A stretch of 64,000 bases of DNA, taken from positions 39,793,636 through 39,857,635 of the forward strand of contig NC_068989.1 in assembly GCF_001194135.2 (NCBI RefSeq), given 5' to 3'. The notes under the pieces are model-generated. The model was given only the letters and a program-made list of their open reading frames with translations, was not told the DNA's origin and searched no databases. Within the stretch, counting starts at the first letter, position 1, and each line of letters begins with the position of its first letter. Source of the DNA: Octopus bimaculoides. Lineage: Eukaryota. The translations under genes and the position numbers were made by a program. Of the stretch, positions 63,600 through 64,000 are shown piece after piece.

Positions 63600-63830
63600 C
63601 ATCAGCATCCTCATCATCTTCATCATCAGTTAATGTCTATGCTCCATGCTGGTATGGGCTGCATGGTTTGACAAGATCTGATGGATCCAAGGACTGCATT
63701 ATCCTCCAATGTCTGCTTTGGTATGGTTTTTAAGGCTGGATACCCTTCAGTAATCGTACGGCATGTACTGGGTGATTTTTTTTTTTTGGTCTCCAGCTCT
63801 ATTGAGATTGTCTTGCAGCCTACTAAAAGA
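63600..63830 (-). mobile_element. RTE-type 3' tail fragment
   Basis: (CAT)n followed by ...GGCTGGATACCCTTC...TACTGGGTG, the same tail as other copies. Confidence 0.6.
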
Positions 63831-64000
63831 TGAGGAGTTAGTGGAAGAAGTGTATAGTTACTCATATTTAGTGTAGGGGAAGGAGAGAATGATCAGTAGG
63901 AACTGCAAAGAGATAGATGGGAGATGAGGTGTCCAGGGAGCCCCTCTTATATAAGGCACTGAATGTGAAGGCCAAGAAAATTCTACTGGAAATATAACTC

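Overview
AT-rich, microsatellite-dense animal genomic DNA with many N gaps. The repeat families suggest an octopus or other coleoid cephalopod; this is inference from memory, not a search. Most of the window is transposon debris: several tRNA-derived SINE families (one in head-to-tail arrays), RTE-clade LINEs, R4/Dong-type (RLE) LINE ends, Penelope-like elements (PLEs), mariner/Tc1 remnants, piggyBac-type MITEs, a collapsed Helitron and a Helentron/DINE-like element. Almost all ORF-track entries are microsatellite read-throughs or decayed TE fragments. The only host gene I can support is three phase-compatible + strand exons (17500-17579, 26658-26785, 28388-28537) encoding a TPR protein resembling TTC23; its first and last exons were not found. 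The most interesting signals are: (1) a tRNA-Ser-headed SINE carrying a minimal hammerhead ribozyme motif and a PLE-style inverted end inside a TTC23-like intron; (2) a second hammerhead with a palindromic helix III in a PLE terminal repeat; (3) a ~290-bp inverted local copy bracketed by a 34-bp direct repeat; (4) a pre-miRNA-like intronic hairpin. No prokaryotic-type system, CRISPR array, rRNA or intact tRNA gene is supported. TE coordinates are approximate unless TSDs, TIRs or splice sites are given.
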